Shown: piece after piece, positions 9,269 through 19,100 of the stretch
Layout: the number at the start of each line of letters is the position of its first letter
Numbering within the stretch: position 1 is the stretch's first letter
Origin: Candidatus Saccharimonadota bacterium
Lineage (GTDB): Bacteria > Patescibacteriota > Saccharimonadia > CAILAD01 > GCA-016700035
NCBI GenBank assembly: GCA_046350755.1
Contig: JAXLZV010000001.1
Location: 11,510-75,509 of the forward strand
Direction of reading: 5' to 3'
Length of the DNA stretch: 64,000 nucleotides
Made by a program: the position numbers and the translations under genes
Notes under the pieces: model-generated
The model's input: the letters and a program-made list of their open reading frames with translations, nothing else
What the model was told of the DNA's origin: nothing
Databases searched by the model: none

Positions 9269-10750
9269 ATGCCCAACTCAACCCCTCAAAAACGCCCCAA
9301 GCGACTTGTCACTGTCGATGGCATTCGCTATTCGCTTGATACTGGCGATAGTGTTGGCCCAGCTCCTCGCCGACCTGCCCAGCCACACCCGGTATCGGTG
9401 AGCGAGACGCAGTCGAAATCAGTCATTCCGGCGAGTCCACCAGAGAAAAAGCCCTCGCTGCGTCGATCGCGGAGAAATGTGCGGGTCCCCGAACAGCCCT
9501 TGCCAGCGGCCGTTAAGCTAACCAGCCATAACCAGGCCGTCATGCATCCTGATCCAAAATTGCGGACCGCTCAGTTATTACACCCTCACAATGTTTCGCA
9601 TCCGGCCCTACCACTGCCGACCAGTCGCCAGCGACCGGCTGGCAAATTATCAATCTGGCAGTCAGTCGTCAAGCCGTCACTAACAGAGACTCATGATCGT
9701 CGCACAGTCTGGGCAAGTATCGGTATCGCTTTGTTGTCGCCAATAACGTGGCTACTCTTAGCGCTGCCGGCAGTAGTGATTTTTGCTGCCGATATACGGC
9801 GTGAGTCGGTCGGCAAGATCTTCGCCAGCACATCGAGCTGGATACTCGCCCAAACGCCGACAAGTATTTTGACCTTGCTAGCCGTATTCTCGGTGCTGCT
9901 CGGCATTGTTTGGCTAGTCCGTCACTCGCTCGTACTGGTTGCCTACGGTGTGCAGGTCCGACGCATCGACAATCGTCTGGTGTCAGGCCATCAGCTCTGG
10001 TGGCAGACCCTGGCGAAGATTTCGCGTCTGGTTTTGGTGGCACTTCTCGACGGCTTAATGGTGGTGACGGTTTGTATGCTGGCTGGACTGGCATTGCAAT
10101 GGATACTTGGTTCGGCAACACAAAATATGGCCGTCTGGTGGAGCCTTTTCTTCAATCTCACTGTATTCATGCTGGTGGCACTATTGTGGCTGCTCGCGAC
10201 ACATCGCCCACTGACGCGTGTCATGCTGTCAATCACTAATCGACCGGCCAGTTTTTTGGTGGTGAAGGGCTTCGGGCTGATTTTTCGCAACTGGATTCGT
10301 GCACTCGGTCTTGGCTTTGTCTGGCTGGCAGCAGCTGGTTTGACAGCCTTCTTGTTAGCCGGCATTTCTTGGGCGACAACAATATATGGGTTGGTCCAGA
10401 TCACTACTTCGATCGGACGGGTCGCGCTCTGGGCGGTGTCAGGTAGTCTGCTGATTTTTATTTTGACGAGTTTCACTGTTTGGTCGAACGGCTATTGGCC
10501 ACGGGCTTATCACATGCTCGCGCACCGAGCTTACCCGCGCACCGTGTCGCGGTTTATGGCCGATGATCCACGAGTGAAATCACGCCTAAAAACCATCCTT
10601 CACGTCAGTCTCATCATTATTGCCTACTTACTGATGGTTACAGCCTTACTCTGGTACGCCCGTCCGATTATTACCCAGCGGCTCGATACCGTGCAGCAAA
10701 ATGTACCGGACACCCTGGATAAGCTGCTTCCCAAGCTCCAATCACGTTAA
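9269..10750 (+). CDS. Hypothetical multi-pass membrane protein with disordered N-terminus
   Basis: 493-aa ORF with Pro/Arg-rich N-terminus and about 7 hydrophobic segments. Confidence 0.65.
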   Translation: MPNSTPQKRPKRLVTVDGIRYSLDTGDSVGPAPRRPAQPHPVSVSETQSKSVIPASPPEKKPSLRRSRRNVRVPEQPLPAAVKLTSHNQAVMHPDPKLRTAQLLHPHNVSHPALPLPTSRQRPAGKLSIWQSVVKPSLTETHDRRTVWASIGIALLSPITWLLLALPAVVIFAADIRRESVGKIFASTSSWILAQTPTSILTLLAVFSVLLGIVWLVRHSLVLVAYGVQVRRIDNRLVSGHQLWWQTLAKISRLVLVALLDGLMVVTVCMLAGLALQWILGSATQNMAVWWSLFFNLTVFMLVALLWLLATHRPLTRVMLSITNRPASFLVVKGFGLIFRNWIRALGLGFVWLAAAGLTAFLLAGISWATTIYGLVQITTSIGRVALWAVSGSLLIFILTSFTVWSNGYWPRAYHMLAHRAYPRTVSRFMADDPRVKSRLKTILHVSLIIIAYLLMVTALLWYARPIITQRLDTVQQNVPDTLDKLLPKLQSR

Positions 10751-10765
10751 TGCGGTAGAGCTATA

Positions 10766-10794
10766 TTGACGAATAATGCAAAAAGGAGTACAGT
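10766..10794 (+). promoter_or_regulatory. Sigma70-type promoter of secE-nusG-rplK-rplA
   Basis: TTGACG-N17-TACAGT. Confidence 0.6.
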
Positions 10795-10838
10795 AAACCT
10801 ACAAAGCCCCGGCGGCTTTTTTAGATTACGAGAGACTT

Positions 10839-11024
10839 ATGCAGCACGTACGACGTTACATCTCCAGCTCGATTGAAGAGCTCAAACGTGTCGTCTGGCC
10901 GACCCGCCAACAAGCGATTTCGCTGACGATCATCGTTTTGGTGTTTACGGCTATTGTAGCCGCCTATCTCTCTGGTCTTGATCTGATATTCCGCAATGCT
11001 TTGCAGCGATTGCTCGCGCTCTAA
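10839..11024 (+). CDS. secE: Preprotein translocase subunit SecE
   Basis: ELKRVVWPTR motif plus one TM; lies upstream of nusG. Confidence 0.93.
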   Translation: MQHVRRYISSSIEELKRVVWPTRQQAISLTIIVLVFTAIVAAYLSGLDLIFRNALQRLLAL

Positions 11025-11050
11025 TTCACTAACTTATTCGAAGGACGGCT

Positions 11051-11590
11051 ATGAAAACCGCTCACCCCGACGCCCACTGGTACGTCATCCACACCTACTC
11101 AGGTTATGAAGATCAGGTTGCTCAAAACTTGAAGCATCGAGTTGATACGCTTGGTCTGAAAGACAAGGTGTTTGATGTGATTGTGCCAAAAGAAAACCAG
11201 ATTGAAATCAAGAATGGTAAGCGTCGCGTCGTCGAGCGTAAGATTTTCCCAGGCTATATCCTGGTAAATATGCACGTCACCGAAGACTCATGGTACATCG
11301 TTCGCAATACGCCGAATGTTACTGGTTTTGTTGGCACAGGTACGACGCCAAGTCCGATGAGTCCAGATGAGATCAAAGTAATCCAGAAACGCATGGGGGT
11401 TGAAGAGCCGAAGTTCCAGATTGATTACTCGATTGGTGAGCTGGTCAATATCACTGATGGTCCGTTTAAGGGCTTTGATGGTCAGATTGCTGAGATCGAC
11501 GAGTCGAAGGGTAAGATTAAGGTCTTAGTCTCAATGTTTGGTCGTGAGACCCCAGTCGAGCTTGATAGCTTGCAGGTAAAGAAAGTTTAA
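11051..11590 (+). CDS. nusG: Transcription factor NusG
   Basis: WYVIHTYSGYE, FPGYILV, KOW motif GPFKGFDG, MFGRETPVEL. Confidence 0.97.
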   Translation: MKTAHPDAHWYVIHTYSGYEDQVAQNLKHRVDTLGLKDKVFDVIVPKENQIEIKNGKRRVVERKIFPGYILVNMHVTEDSWYIVRNTPNVTGFVGTGTTPSPMSPDEIKVIQKRMGVEEPKFQIDYSIGELVNITDGPFKGFDGQIAEIDESKGKIKVLVSMFGRETPVELDSLQVKKV

Positions 11591-11600
11591 ACTAAGCACT

Positions 11601-11632
11601 GTGGGAGGCGACCCAGTCGCCGCTCGTACCAC
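11601..11632 (+). promoter_or_regulatory. L1-binding leader upstream of rplK
   Basis: GTGGGAGG-hairpin(GGCGAC/GTCGCC)-CGCT..ACCAC directly before the SD; typical L1 autoregulatory site. Confidence 0.7.
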
Positions 11633-11647
11633 ACAAGGAGTAGAACT

Positions 11648-12082
11648 ATGGCAGAAGCTAAGAAAATCACCGCTAAACTGAAGATGGTCATTCCGGCCGG
11701 AGGAGCAACACCAGCTCCACCAGTTGGCTCGGCCCTTGGTCAGCACGGTGTCAATATGATGGATTTTATCAATGCCTTCAATGACAAGACGAAGGATATG
11801 AAAGGCGCGCAGTGTCCTACTAAAATCTATATCTATGAAGACAAGAGTTTTACATTTGAAGTGAAGGGTACGCCAGCCAAGACACTGATTAAGCAGGCCC
11901 TCGGCATCCAGAAGGCCAGTGGTGTTCCGAATAAGGATAAAGTTGGTAAGCTGACCGATGCACAGTTGACCGAAATCGCTGAAAAGAAGATGGCAGACTT
12001 GAACGCCAATGACATCGAGGCTGCTAAGAAAGTAATCGCCGGCACCGCTCGGTCGATGGGCGTAGAAGTCGAAGCAAAGTAA
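11648..12082 (+). CDS. rplK: 50S ribosomal protein L11
   Basis: [27 protein letters not shown]. Confidence 0.97.
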   Translation: MAEAKKITAKLKMVIPAGGATPAPPVGSALGQHGVNMMDFINAFNDKTKDMKGAQCPTKIYIYEDKSFTFEVKGTPAKTLIKQALGIQKASGVPNKDKVGKLTDAQLTEIAEKKMADLNANDIEAAKKVIAGTARSMGVEVEAK

Positions 12083-12093
12083 ACAATTAACTC

Positions 12094-12129
12094 GTGGGAG
12101 GCCGCTGACTAGCTGGCTGCATGCACCAC
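12094..12129 (+). promoter_or_regulatory. Second L1-binding leader upstream of rplA
   Basis: GTGGGAGG...ACCAC followed by AAGGAG; same frame as the site before rplK. Confidence 0.65.
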
Positions 12130-12139
12130 AAGGAGAACT

Positions 12140-13099
12140 ATGATGGTAAAAAAAGTCGAAGATACCCCCGAAGTAACCCCTGATGAAGTGGCGATGATTG
12201 AAGAAGTCGCCGAAGAGATTACTGAAGAAGAAGCCGCTGGCGCTGAAGGCAGCGCAGCCAAGCCAACCAAAACTGCTAAGGCTGGTAAGCGCAGTGCCAA
12301 AGCCGCTAAAGAAGCCGAAGAGCTCGACGAGAAAGCTGCTCGTAAGGCCGAGATTGCTGCTAAAGAAGACGCTCCGCGCCCCAAGCAGAAGCCCCGCGTC
12401 AAGAAATACTCAAAGAACCAAAAGGCCATGCGGGCCGAGATCGAAGCCGACAAGCTTTATGACGTAACCGGTGCAGTTGCTCTGCTGAAAAAGATTTCCA
12501 AGGCTAAGTTTGATCCGACTCTCGAGATTCATGTCCGTCTCGATATTGATCCCCGCCAAGCTGATCAGATGGTGCGAGCCTCAACTGTACTACCGGCCGG
12601 CAGCGGTAAGATTGTTAAGGTCGCCGTTTTGACCACTGATGACAAGAAGCTTGATGCTGCTGTCAAAGCTGGTGCCATTAAGATCAGCCAGGAAGACCTC
12701 CTGACCGCGATCGGAAAGGGCGTCTTTGACTTTGATACCCTGGTTGCCACGCCTGATATGATGCCACAGCTTGGTCGGCATGCTAAGGCGCTCGGTCCAA
12801 AGGGGCTCATGCCATCGCCGAAGAGTGGTACTGTCACGGCTGACCCAGCCAATGCAGTCTCCGAGATCCAGAAGGGTCGACTGGAAGTGAAGAATGATGC
12901 CAATGGTATCGTCCACGCTGCGCTCGGTAAGCTGTCATTTACAGCTGAAGACTTAGAAAGTAACGTCCGGGCTGTTCTCACCTGCGTCCAGCAGAATCGT
13001 CCCAGCGGCGTGAAGGGGACCTACGTTCGGTCGATTTCATTGTCGGCCACCATGACGCCAGGAGTGAAAATTGATCCAGCCGAAATGGCCAAGAAGTAA
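12140..13099 (+). CDS. rplA: 50S ribosomal protein L1 with ~90-aa charged N-terminal extension
   Basis: KFDPTLE, DQMVR, LGPKGLMPSPKSGTVT, TMTPGVKI. Confidence 0.96.
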   Translation: MMVKKVEDTPEVTPDEVAMIEEVAEEITEEEAAGAEGSAAKPTKTAKAGKRSAKAAKEAEELDEKAARKAEIAAKEDAPRPKQKPRVKKYSKNQKAMRAEIEADKLYDVTGAVALLKKISKAKFDPTLEIHVRLDIDPRQADQMVRASTVLPAGSGKIVKVAVLTTDDKKLDAAVKAGAIKISQEDLLTAIGKGVFDFDTLVATPDMMPQLGRHAKALGPKGLMPSPKSGTVTADPANAVSEIQKGRLEVKNDANGIVHAALGKLSFTAEDLESNVRAVLTCVQQNRPSGVKGTYVRSISLSATMTPGVKIDPAEMAKK

Positions 13100-13117
13100 G
13101 CCTTCTTCTGGTTCGCT

Positions 13118-13143
13118 AAAACGCCCCGTCATCGGGGCGTTTT
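13118..13143 (+). terminator. Intrinsic terminator after rplA
   Basis: AAAACGCCCCG-tcat-CGGGGCGTTTT. Confidence 0.8.
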
Positions 13144-13218
13144 GCTTATGCTTGGTAATAGCTTCGGCCGGCCGGTACACTGGTAGAGTCTTGTACCTAT
13201 AGAGAAAGAGGTATCCAA

Positions 13219-14022
13219 TTGCCTGAGATGGATTTTGCCCAATGGTCACGGCAAGAACTCATTCGATGGCTTGACCACACACTTCTCGTTCAGAGCCATC
13301 GGCACGTCCGTGAAGCTCAGCGCGAGCTTCGGCGACGACCGACTGGTGTTCTTTCTGATCAGGAAATTCGGAGCGCAATGGAGCGCGATGATATCGTGAT
13401 TGAGCCTTTCGCGCCCCGACAACTCAACACAGCCAGCTATGACATCACGCTGGGTGAGTGGTTTTACATCTGTGAGGCCATGCCCTTCGAAGACAATTTC
13501 AACCCTTGGGATCCAGAAGATGTCGCCAGGTATTACAAGGGGCCGTATCAGGCTCTGACCAACCAAGAATGGTCTGATCAGCACCGCGGAGGGCGGCTGT
13601 GGAAGAATATTCCGCCGAATGCACCGATTATCGTCTTGCGGCCAGGAGAATGTATTCTGGGTCACACAGTCGAATTTATCGGTGCTCGTCGCGACGCGGT
13701 CACCATGATGCACGCTCGCTCGTCGATCGGGCGGGTGAATATCTCAACCTGCGATGATGCAGGCTGGGGCGACATCGGCTACATCAATCGCTGGACGATG
13801 GAAATTCGCAATAAGAATAATGCAGTTGTTCCACTGGTGGTTGGTGAACGTATGGGTCAGATCATCTTTTTTGCAGCCGGTCCAACCGATCGAAGTTATG
13901 GCAACGAAGGGCATTACCAGTCGTCTCGCAACCTGGATGAGCTCCGTCAGAACTGGAAGCCGGCAGACATGTTGCCGCGCTTGCAGCTCGATACGGATGG
14001 GCTAGGAGTGAACCATGGATGA
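13219..14022 (+). CDS. dcd: dCTP deaminase
   Basis: LSDQEI, QLNTASYDITLG, ARSSIGR, GWGDIGY..RWTMEI, GQIIF, YQ motifs; TTG start after AGAGG. Confidence 0.88.
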   Translation: MPEMDFAQWSRQELIRWLDHTLLVQSHRHVREAQRELRRRPTGVLSDQEIRSAMERDDIVIEPFAPRQLNTASYDITLGEWFYICEAMPFEDNFNPWDPEDVARYYKGPYQALTNQEWSDQHRGGRLWKNIPPNAPIIVLRPGECILGHTVEFIGARRDAVTMMHARSSIGRVNISTCDDAGWGDIGYINRWTMEIRNKNNAVVPLVVGERMGQIIFFAAGPTDRSYGNEGHYQSSRNLDELRQNWKPADMLPRLQLDTDGLGVNHG

Positions 14023-14686
14023 CATTTTCTATGATAGTAAATTCTGGCATGGGCCACCGCGGTTTATCGCCGTCGAGGGTCCAGATGGTGCTGGCAAGTC
14101 TACGTTGGTGACAGGCCTGGTGACCTGGATGCGCGAGGAGCTTGGGCTTGAGGTTGAGCAACTTTTGGAGCCTGGTAGTGGTCGATTGGCTAGCGAGCTT
14201 CGGGCAATTCTCTTGATGGGCGAGATGGACATCAGTACATACGAAGAGATCATGCTCATGACCGCCGCGAGAGTGGATACTCGTCTTCGCCATGTTCAGC
14301 CGGCGCTTACAACTGGTAAGTGGGTGATCTGCGATCGAGCCGAACTTTCCACCATCGTATACCAAGGGTTTGCTCGTGATGAAGGGGCGATGCTGTTTGC
14401 AAAGCAGCAACAGGATATGATTCGAGCCCAGGTAAGACGGGCTGATTTATATCTAGTGCTACAGCTCGCATATGATAAAGCGCAGCTGCGCCTATTGGGG
14501 ACTGGCAAGCTACCGGATCGCTTTGAGAGTGCTGATGTGCGCTTTCGGCAGCGAGTCAGTTTGGGTTTTGAGCTAATCGACAATCTTGTTCCTGGAGAAT
14601 ACCGGATGGCTCACATTGATGCCAGTGTAACCCCCGAGGAGCTGGTCCAGCTTGCCATCCTGGCTATTCAGGCTGAGTGCTCCTAA
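14015..14686 (+). CDS. tmk: Thymidylate kinase
   Basis: FIAVEGPDGAGKST P-loop, EPG, VICDR, YQG, DRFE. Confidence 0.9.
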   Translation: MDDIFYDSKFWHGPPRFIAVEGPDGAGKSTLVTGLVTWMREELGLEVEQLLEPGSGRLASELRAILLMGEMDISTYEEIMLMTAARVDTRLRHVQPALTTGKWVICDRAELSTIVYQGFARDEGAMLFAKQQQDMIRAQVRRADLYLVLQLAYDKAQLRLLGTGKLPDRFESADVRFRQRVSLGFELIDNLVPGEYRMAHIDASVTPEELVQLAILAIQAECS

Positions 14687-14693
14687 TTCATTC

Positions 14694-14719
14694 ATCCCAG
14701 TTGAAAGGCTGGGATTTTT
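14694..14719 (+). terminator. Intrinsic terminator after tmk
   Basis: ATCCCAGTT-gaaa-GGCTGGGAT followed by a T run. Confidence 0.7.
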
Positions 14720-14781
14720 ATTGTGCCAAATCTATGCTATAATGCCGTGGATCTTGCACCTAAAAGAAGGAGAAGAGCTAC

Positions 14782-15939
14782 ATGGGCTACGGATGCCGTA
14801 CATTGGCAGATTCGCTTTGTCATAATCGGGCTGGTGAGTTTCGCCTCACCACCTTCGAGATAACGTTGCCGAGGATGGTCTTGGCTGAGTTCAACACCCA
14901 CACCATTCTTTCGCGCAACAGCGCCAGCTCGCGCGCGATTCCGGTGAAGAAGCAACTGCGTCGTGTGCTTGATGACCCGTATGTCCCTTTTTATTGGGGG
15001 AAGAATGTGCCGGGCATGCAGGCACCGGAGCCGATTCCCGAGGATCGCATTCCTGAGGCTTCGCGAATCTGGCTGCTAGGTCGGAATCGAGCTATCATTA
15101 CCACCCTCGCTGAACTGCTGGGTGAAGTCAAGCTCGATTGGGCCTGTCGGGAGACTATCGACTGCGATCAGCATGACATCACGCGGTTGTCGGATGAAGT
15201 GCAGGAGCAAGCCCTCCGCCAATTGGTAGATCTGGCAAGCGAACTCCTTGACGATGAGTCTGAGGCTGATCTTATTCTCAATGTTCACAAGCAGCTTGCC
15301 AATCGGCTGCTCGAGCCCTTCATGTGGCACACCATTATCACGACCGCAACTGAATGGCGGAATTTCTTTGCGCTGCGTTCACACAATGATGCTCAGCCTG
15401 AGATCCGTGTCATCGCTGAGATGATGCGAGATGTCTATGGCATGGAGCTCCCAGGTGACGCTTATAATGATAAGATGCGCTACCAGCCATATCGTGAATG
15501 GTCCGAAGCTGGTTATACGGCCTCAGAGCCAGTTGAGCTGGCGGCCGATGAGTGGCATACGCCGCTTCTGACTCGTGATCAGATGAATAGATATGGCATC
15601 GATTGGGATGTGGCGCGCGATGTCTCGGTTGGACGCTGTGCTCGAGTAAGTTATCTGACTCACGATGGGCGAGAAGATTGGGAAGAGGATGTTTTTCTGG
15701 CTCGTGAACGCTTGCAGCCCAGCGGGCATATGTCACCATTCCAGCATGTTGGCCGACCGATGCGTGATGATGAACTCAAGCCGGTTGTCTATTTCTACGA
15801 AGAGGCTGGTGATATGCAGATCGGTTGGGACGGCGAATATAGCGCTTGGTCTGGCAATTTTCAGGGTTTCATGCAGTACCGCAAGATGTTGCCGCATGAG
15901 TTCGATTTCTCAGAAGTTCTGGTACAGAATCACACATAA
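14782..15939 (+). CDS. thyX: FAD-dependent thymidylate synthase, long phage-like ThyX type
   Basis: LAEFNTH..LSRNSASSRAIP, HKQLANRLLEPF, NFFALR..DAQPEI, CARVSY..HDG, HMSPFQH. Confidence 0.8.
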   Translation: MGYGCRTLADSLCHNRAGEFRLTTFEITLPRMVLAEFNTHTILSRNSASSRAIPVKKQLRRVLDDPYVPFYWGKNVPGMQAPEPIPEDRIPEASRIWLLGRNRAIITTLAELLGEVKLDWACRETIDCDQHDITRLSDEVQEQALRQLVDLASELLDDESEADLILNVHKQLANRLLEPFMWHTIITTATEWRNFFALRSHNDAQPEIRVIAEMMRDVYGMELPGDAYNDKMRYQPYREWSEAGYTASEPVELAADEWHTPLLTRDQMNRYGIDWDVARDVSVGRCARVSYLTHDGREDWEEDVFLARERLQPSGHMSPFQHVGRPMRDDELKPVVYFYEEAGDMQIGWDGEYSAWSGNFQGFMQYRKMLPHEFDFSEVLVQNHT

Positions 15940-15947
15940 GCACTCGG

Positions 15948-15976
15948 CCCCACCTTACTAGGTGGGGTATTTTTTT
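15948..15976 (+). terminator. Intrinsic terminator after thyX
   Basis: CCCCACCT-tact-AGGTGGGG then TATTTTTTT. Confidence 0.8.
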
Positions 15977-16129
15977 ATTGATGATGCTAAATTTATGAAT
16001 AATTACCTTTATTCCCCCTCATACCCCTTGTGCTAGAACTATCACCAAGCCTATAATAGACCCTATAGTTTTTGATGAGGGTAGTAATGAACACTGCAGT
16101 AGGTGGTGAGTAGCACTTGGTTGTAAGGT

Positions 16130-19100
16130 ATGAATAAAGTCAGAAACACAGACCCCACCAAGTCAACCAATTCAAATCTGAGGCGCATCCATGACATCCG
16201 TCATCCCCAGTCCTCAGACCAACCAACTAACCGACCCCGCCGTGTCGGTCGTCTGTTATCATGGCGACTCCCAAACCGTCGAGTCCTCCGAGCTCGTCTA
16301 GTTACCATTACAAACAAATGGACCATCACTACAGCCCGTCTGCGCCAGTTGGCACTCGGTGGTCTGTCGTTGTCTAAGCTAGATCTTCGTAAGTTGTCAG
16401 TAGCTCTCGATCCCCACAAATTCTCTCTTCCTACCCTCGATCCCCGCAAGCTCGACTTTTACAAGCTTCATCCCCGCAATCTATCCCGCGCCAAACTGAC
16501 TACCGGTGCTAAGACTATCCATCATCACACTAAAAACTTCCTCCATTCACCCCGAGCAGTCATCCAGGCTGTCTTAGTGCTGGCCCTAGTTCTTAGCTTT
16601 GTCCAGTTTGCGCGGGCGATTACTCCGACCATCACCACCCAAGCTGCGACTAACCTAGACTGGAATAAAGCTGCTCTCAATGGTCAAGTCAACGATGATC
16701 ATGGTGAGCAAGTTACCGAGACTGGCTTTGAGTATGGCCCTGATACCAACTATGGCGACACCACTCAAGCTACGGCTGAGTATAAATTCTCTAGCATTAT
16801 TGGTGGTGCTTTAGCTGATGGTACTACGAATCGACCTGGTAGCATCACCACCGACAGTGCGGGCAATGTCTATGTGGCCGATACTGATAACCACCGCATC
16901 CAGAAGTTTGACTCATCTGGTACTTTCATTACTAAATGGGGCACCAATGGCTCCGGCGATGGTCAGTTTAGCAATCCTCAAGGCATCGCCACCGACAGTG
17001 CGGGCAATGTCTATGTGGCCGATACTGATAACCACCGCATCCAGAAGTTTGACAGTGCTGGTACTTTTATTGCCAAGTGGGGTGGTAGAGGGGCAGCCAA
17101 TGGGAAGTTTAACTATCCCCAAGGCCTCACCACCGACAGCGCTGGCAATGTTTATGTGGCGGATACATATAACCGCCGCATCCAGAAGTTTAATAGCACT
17201 GGCACGTATATCTCCCAGTGGGGCACCAATGGCTCCGGCGATGGTCAGTTTAGCAATCCTCAAGGCATCGCCACCGACAGTGCGGGTAATGTCTATGTGG
17301 CGGATACCAATAACCACCGCATCCAGAAGTTTAATAGCGCTGGCACATATATCTCGCAGTGGGGAACGAATGGCTCCGGTGACGGTCAGTTCAACCAACC
17401 CCAAGGCCTTACCACCGACAGTGCTGGCAATGTCTATGTGGCGGATACTAGTAACCACCGCATCCAGAAGTTCGACAGCGCCGGTACCTACCTCACCCAG
17501 TGGGGCACGGGTGGCTCCGGCGATGGTCAGTTCTACTCTCCCACCGGCATCACCACCGACAGCGCGGGTAATGTCTATGTGGCGGATAGGGACAACCACC
17601 GCATCCAGAAGTTTAATAGCTCTGGTACTTTTATTACCAAATGGGGTAATTATGGCTCCGGCGATGGTCAGTTTGACTACCCCCAAGGCCTCACCACCGA
17701 CAGCGCGGGTAATGTCTATGTGGCGGATAGTGGTAACAACCGTATCCAGAAGTTTGATAGTACTGGTAACTTCATTACTAAGTGGGGTAAAAATGGTGGT
17801 GATGGGAGCTCTGGCTTTGGCAATGGTGAGTTCGACTATCCCTCCGGCCTCACCACCGACAGCGCGGGTAATGTCTATGTGGCGGATACATATAACTACC
17901 GCATCCAGAAGTTCGACTCGTCCGGTACTTTCATCACTAAATGGGGTAATCCTGGCTCCGGCGATGGTCAGTTCTACTCCCCTCAAGGCCTCACCACCGA
18001 CAGTGCTGGCAATGTTTATGTGGCGGATACCAATAACCACCGCATCCAGAAGTTTGACTCATCCGGTACTTTTATTACCAAATGGGGTAATTATGGCTCC
18101 GGTAATGGTCAGTTTAGCAATCCCCAAGGCCTCACCACCGACAGTGCTGGCAATGTCTATGTGGCGGATAGGGACAACTCCCGCATCCAGAAGTTTGATA
18201 GTGCCGGTACGTATATTTCCCAGTGGGGCAGTCAAGGCTCCGGCGATGGTCAGTTTGACTACCCCCAAGGCCTCACCACCGACAGCGCGGGTAATGTCTA
18301 TGTGGCGGATACCAATAACCACCGCATCCAGAAGTTTGATAGCTCTGGTACTTTTATTACCAAATGGGGTAATCCTGGCTCCGGCGATGGTCAGTTCTAC
18401 GAGCCTCAAGGCCTCACCACCGACAGCGCGGGTAATGTCTATGTGGCGGATAGGAACAACCACCGCATCCAGAAGTTCACCCTGGTCGCTAATAGTGATA
18501 CCTTTTCAAGTCAAATAGAGAATCTCAGTTGTGATACTAGCTACCACTACCGCGCTTATGCTACTAATGCCAGTGGTACGAGTTATGGTACCGATCAAGT
18601 CTTCACCACCCCATCATGCGTTCCCTTAGCTCCAAGTAATCTGCGGGTCGAAGTCCAGTCCTTTAATAGTATTGAGGTTGTTTGGGATCGACCGGATTAT
18701 ACTGGTTCAGCTGGCATTGACCATTACATCATCTACTACCGCAAAGCCGGCACTGGTAGCTGGCAACAGGTTAGTAGTAATAATGATGCAGAATCTGTCA
18801 TTGTATCCGGCCTGGAGCAGTTTACTAGCTACGACATGAAAGTCAGTGCCGTAAACTATGACGGCCATGAGAGCCCAGCTACCGCCGAAGTCTCAGAGAC
18901 TACTCCGCGAGTTAACTTTGGCCTAGTCCGTAACTGTCAGGATTTACAGAATATTAATAACAACCTGAATGTTAGCTACGAGCTAGTTAATGACATCGAC
19001 TGCTCCGATACCATCAACTGGAATGCTGGTGCGGGCTTTGTCCCTCTAGGAGGTTGCCAGTATGATTTTTATAGTTTGTCAGAACCAACTCCCTTTAAAG

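Noticed and set aside
11601-12129. Novel repeat GTGGGAGG...ACCAC before rplK and rplA
   Set aside because: Explained by known L1 autoregulatory binding sites; recorded as features.
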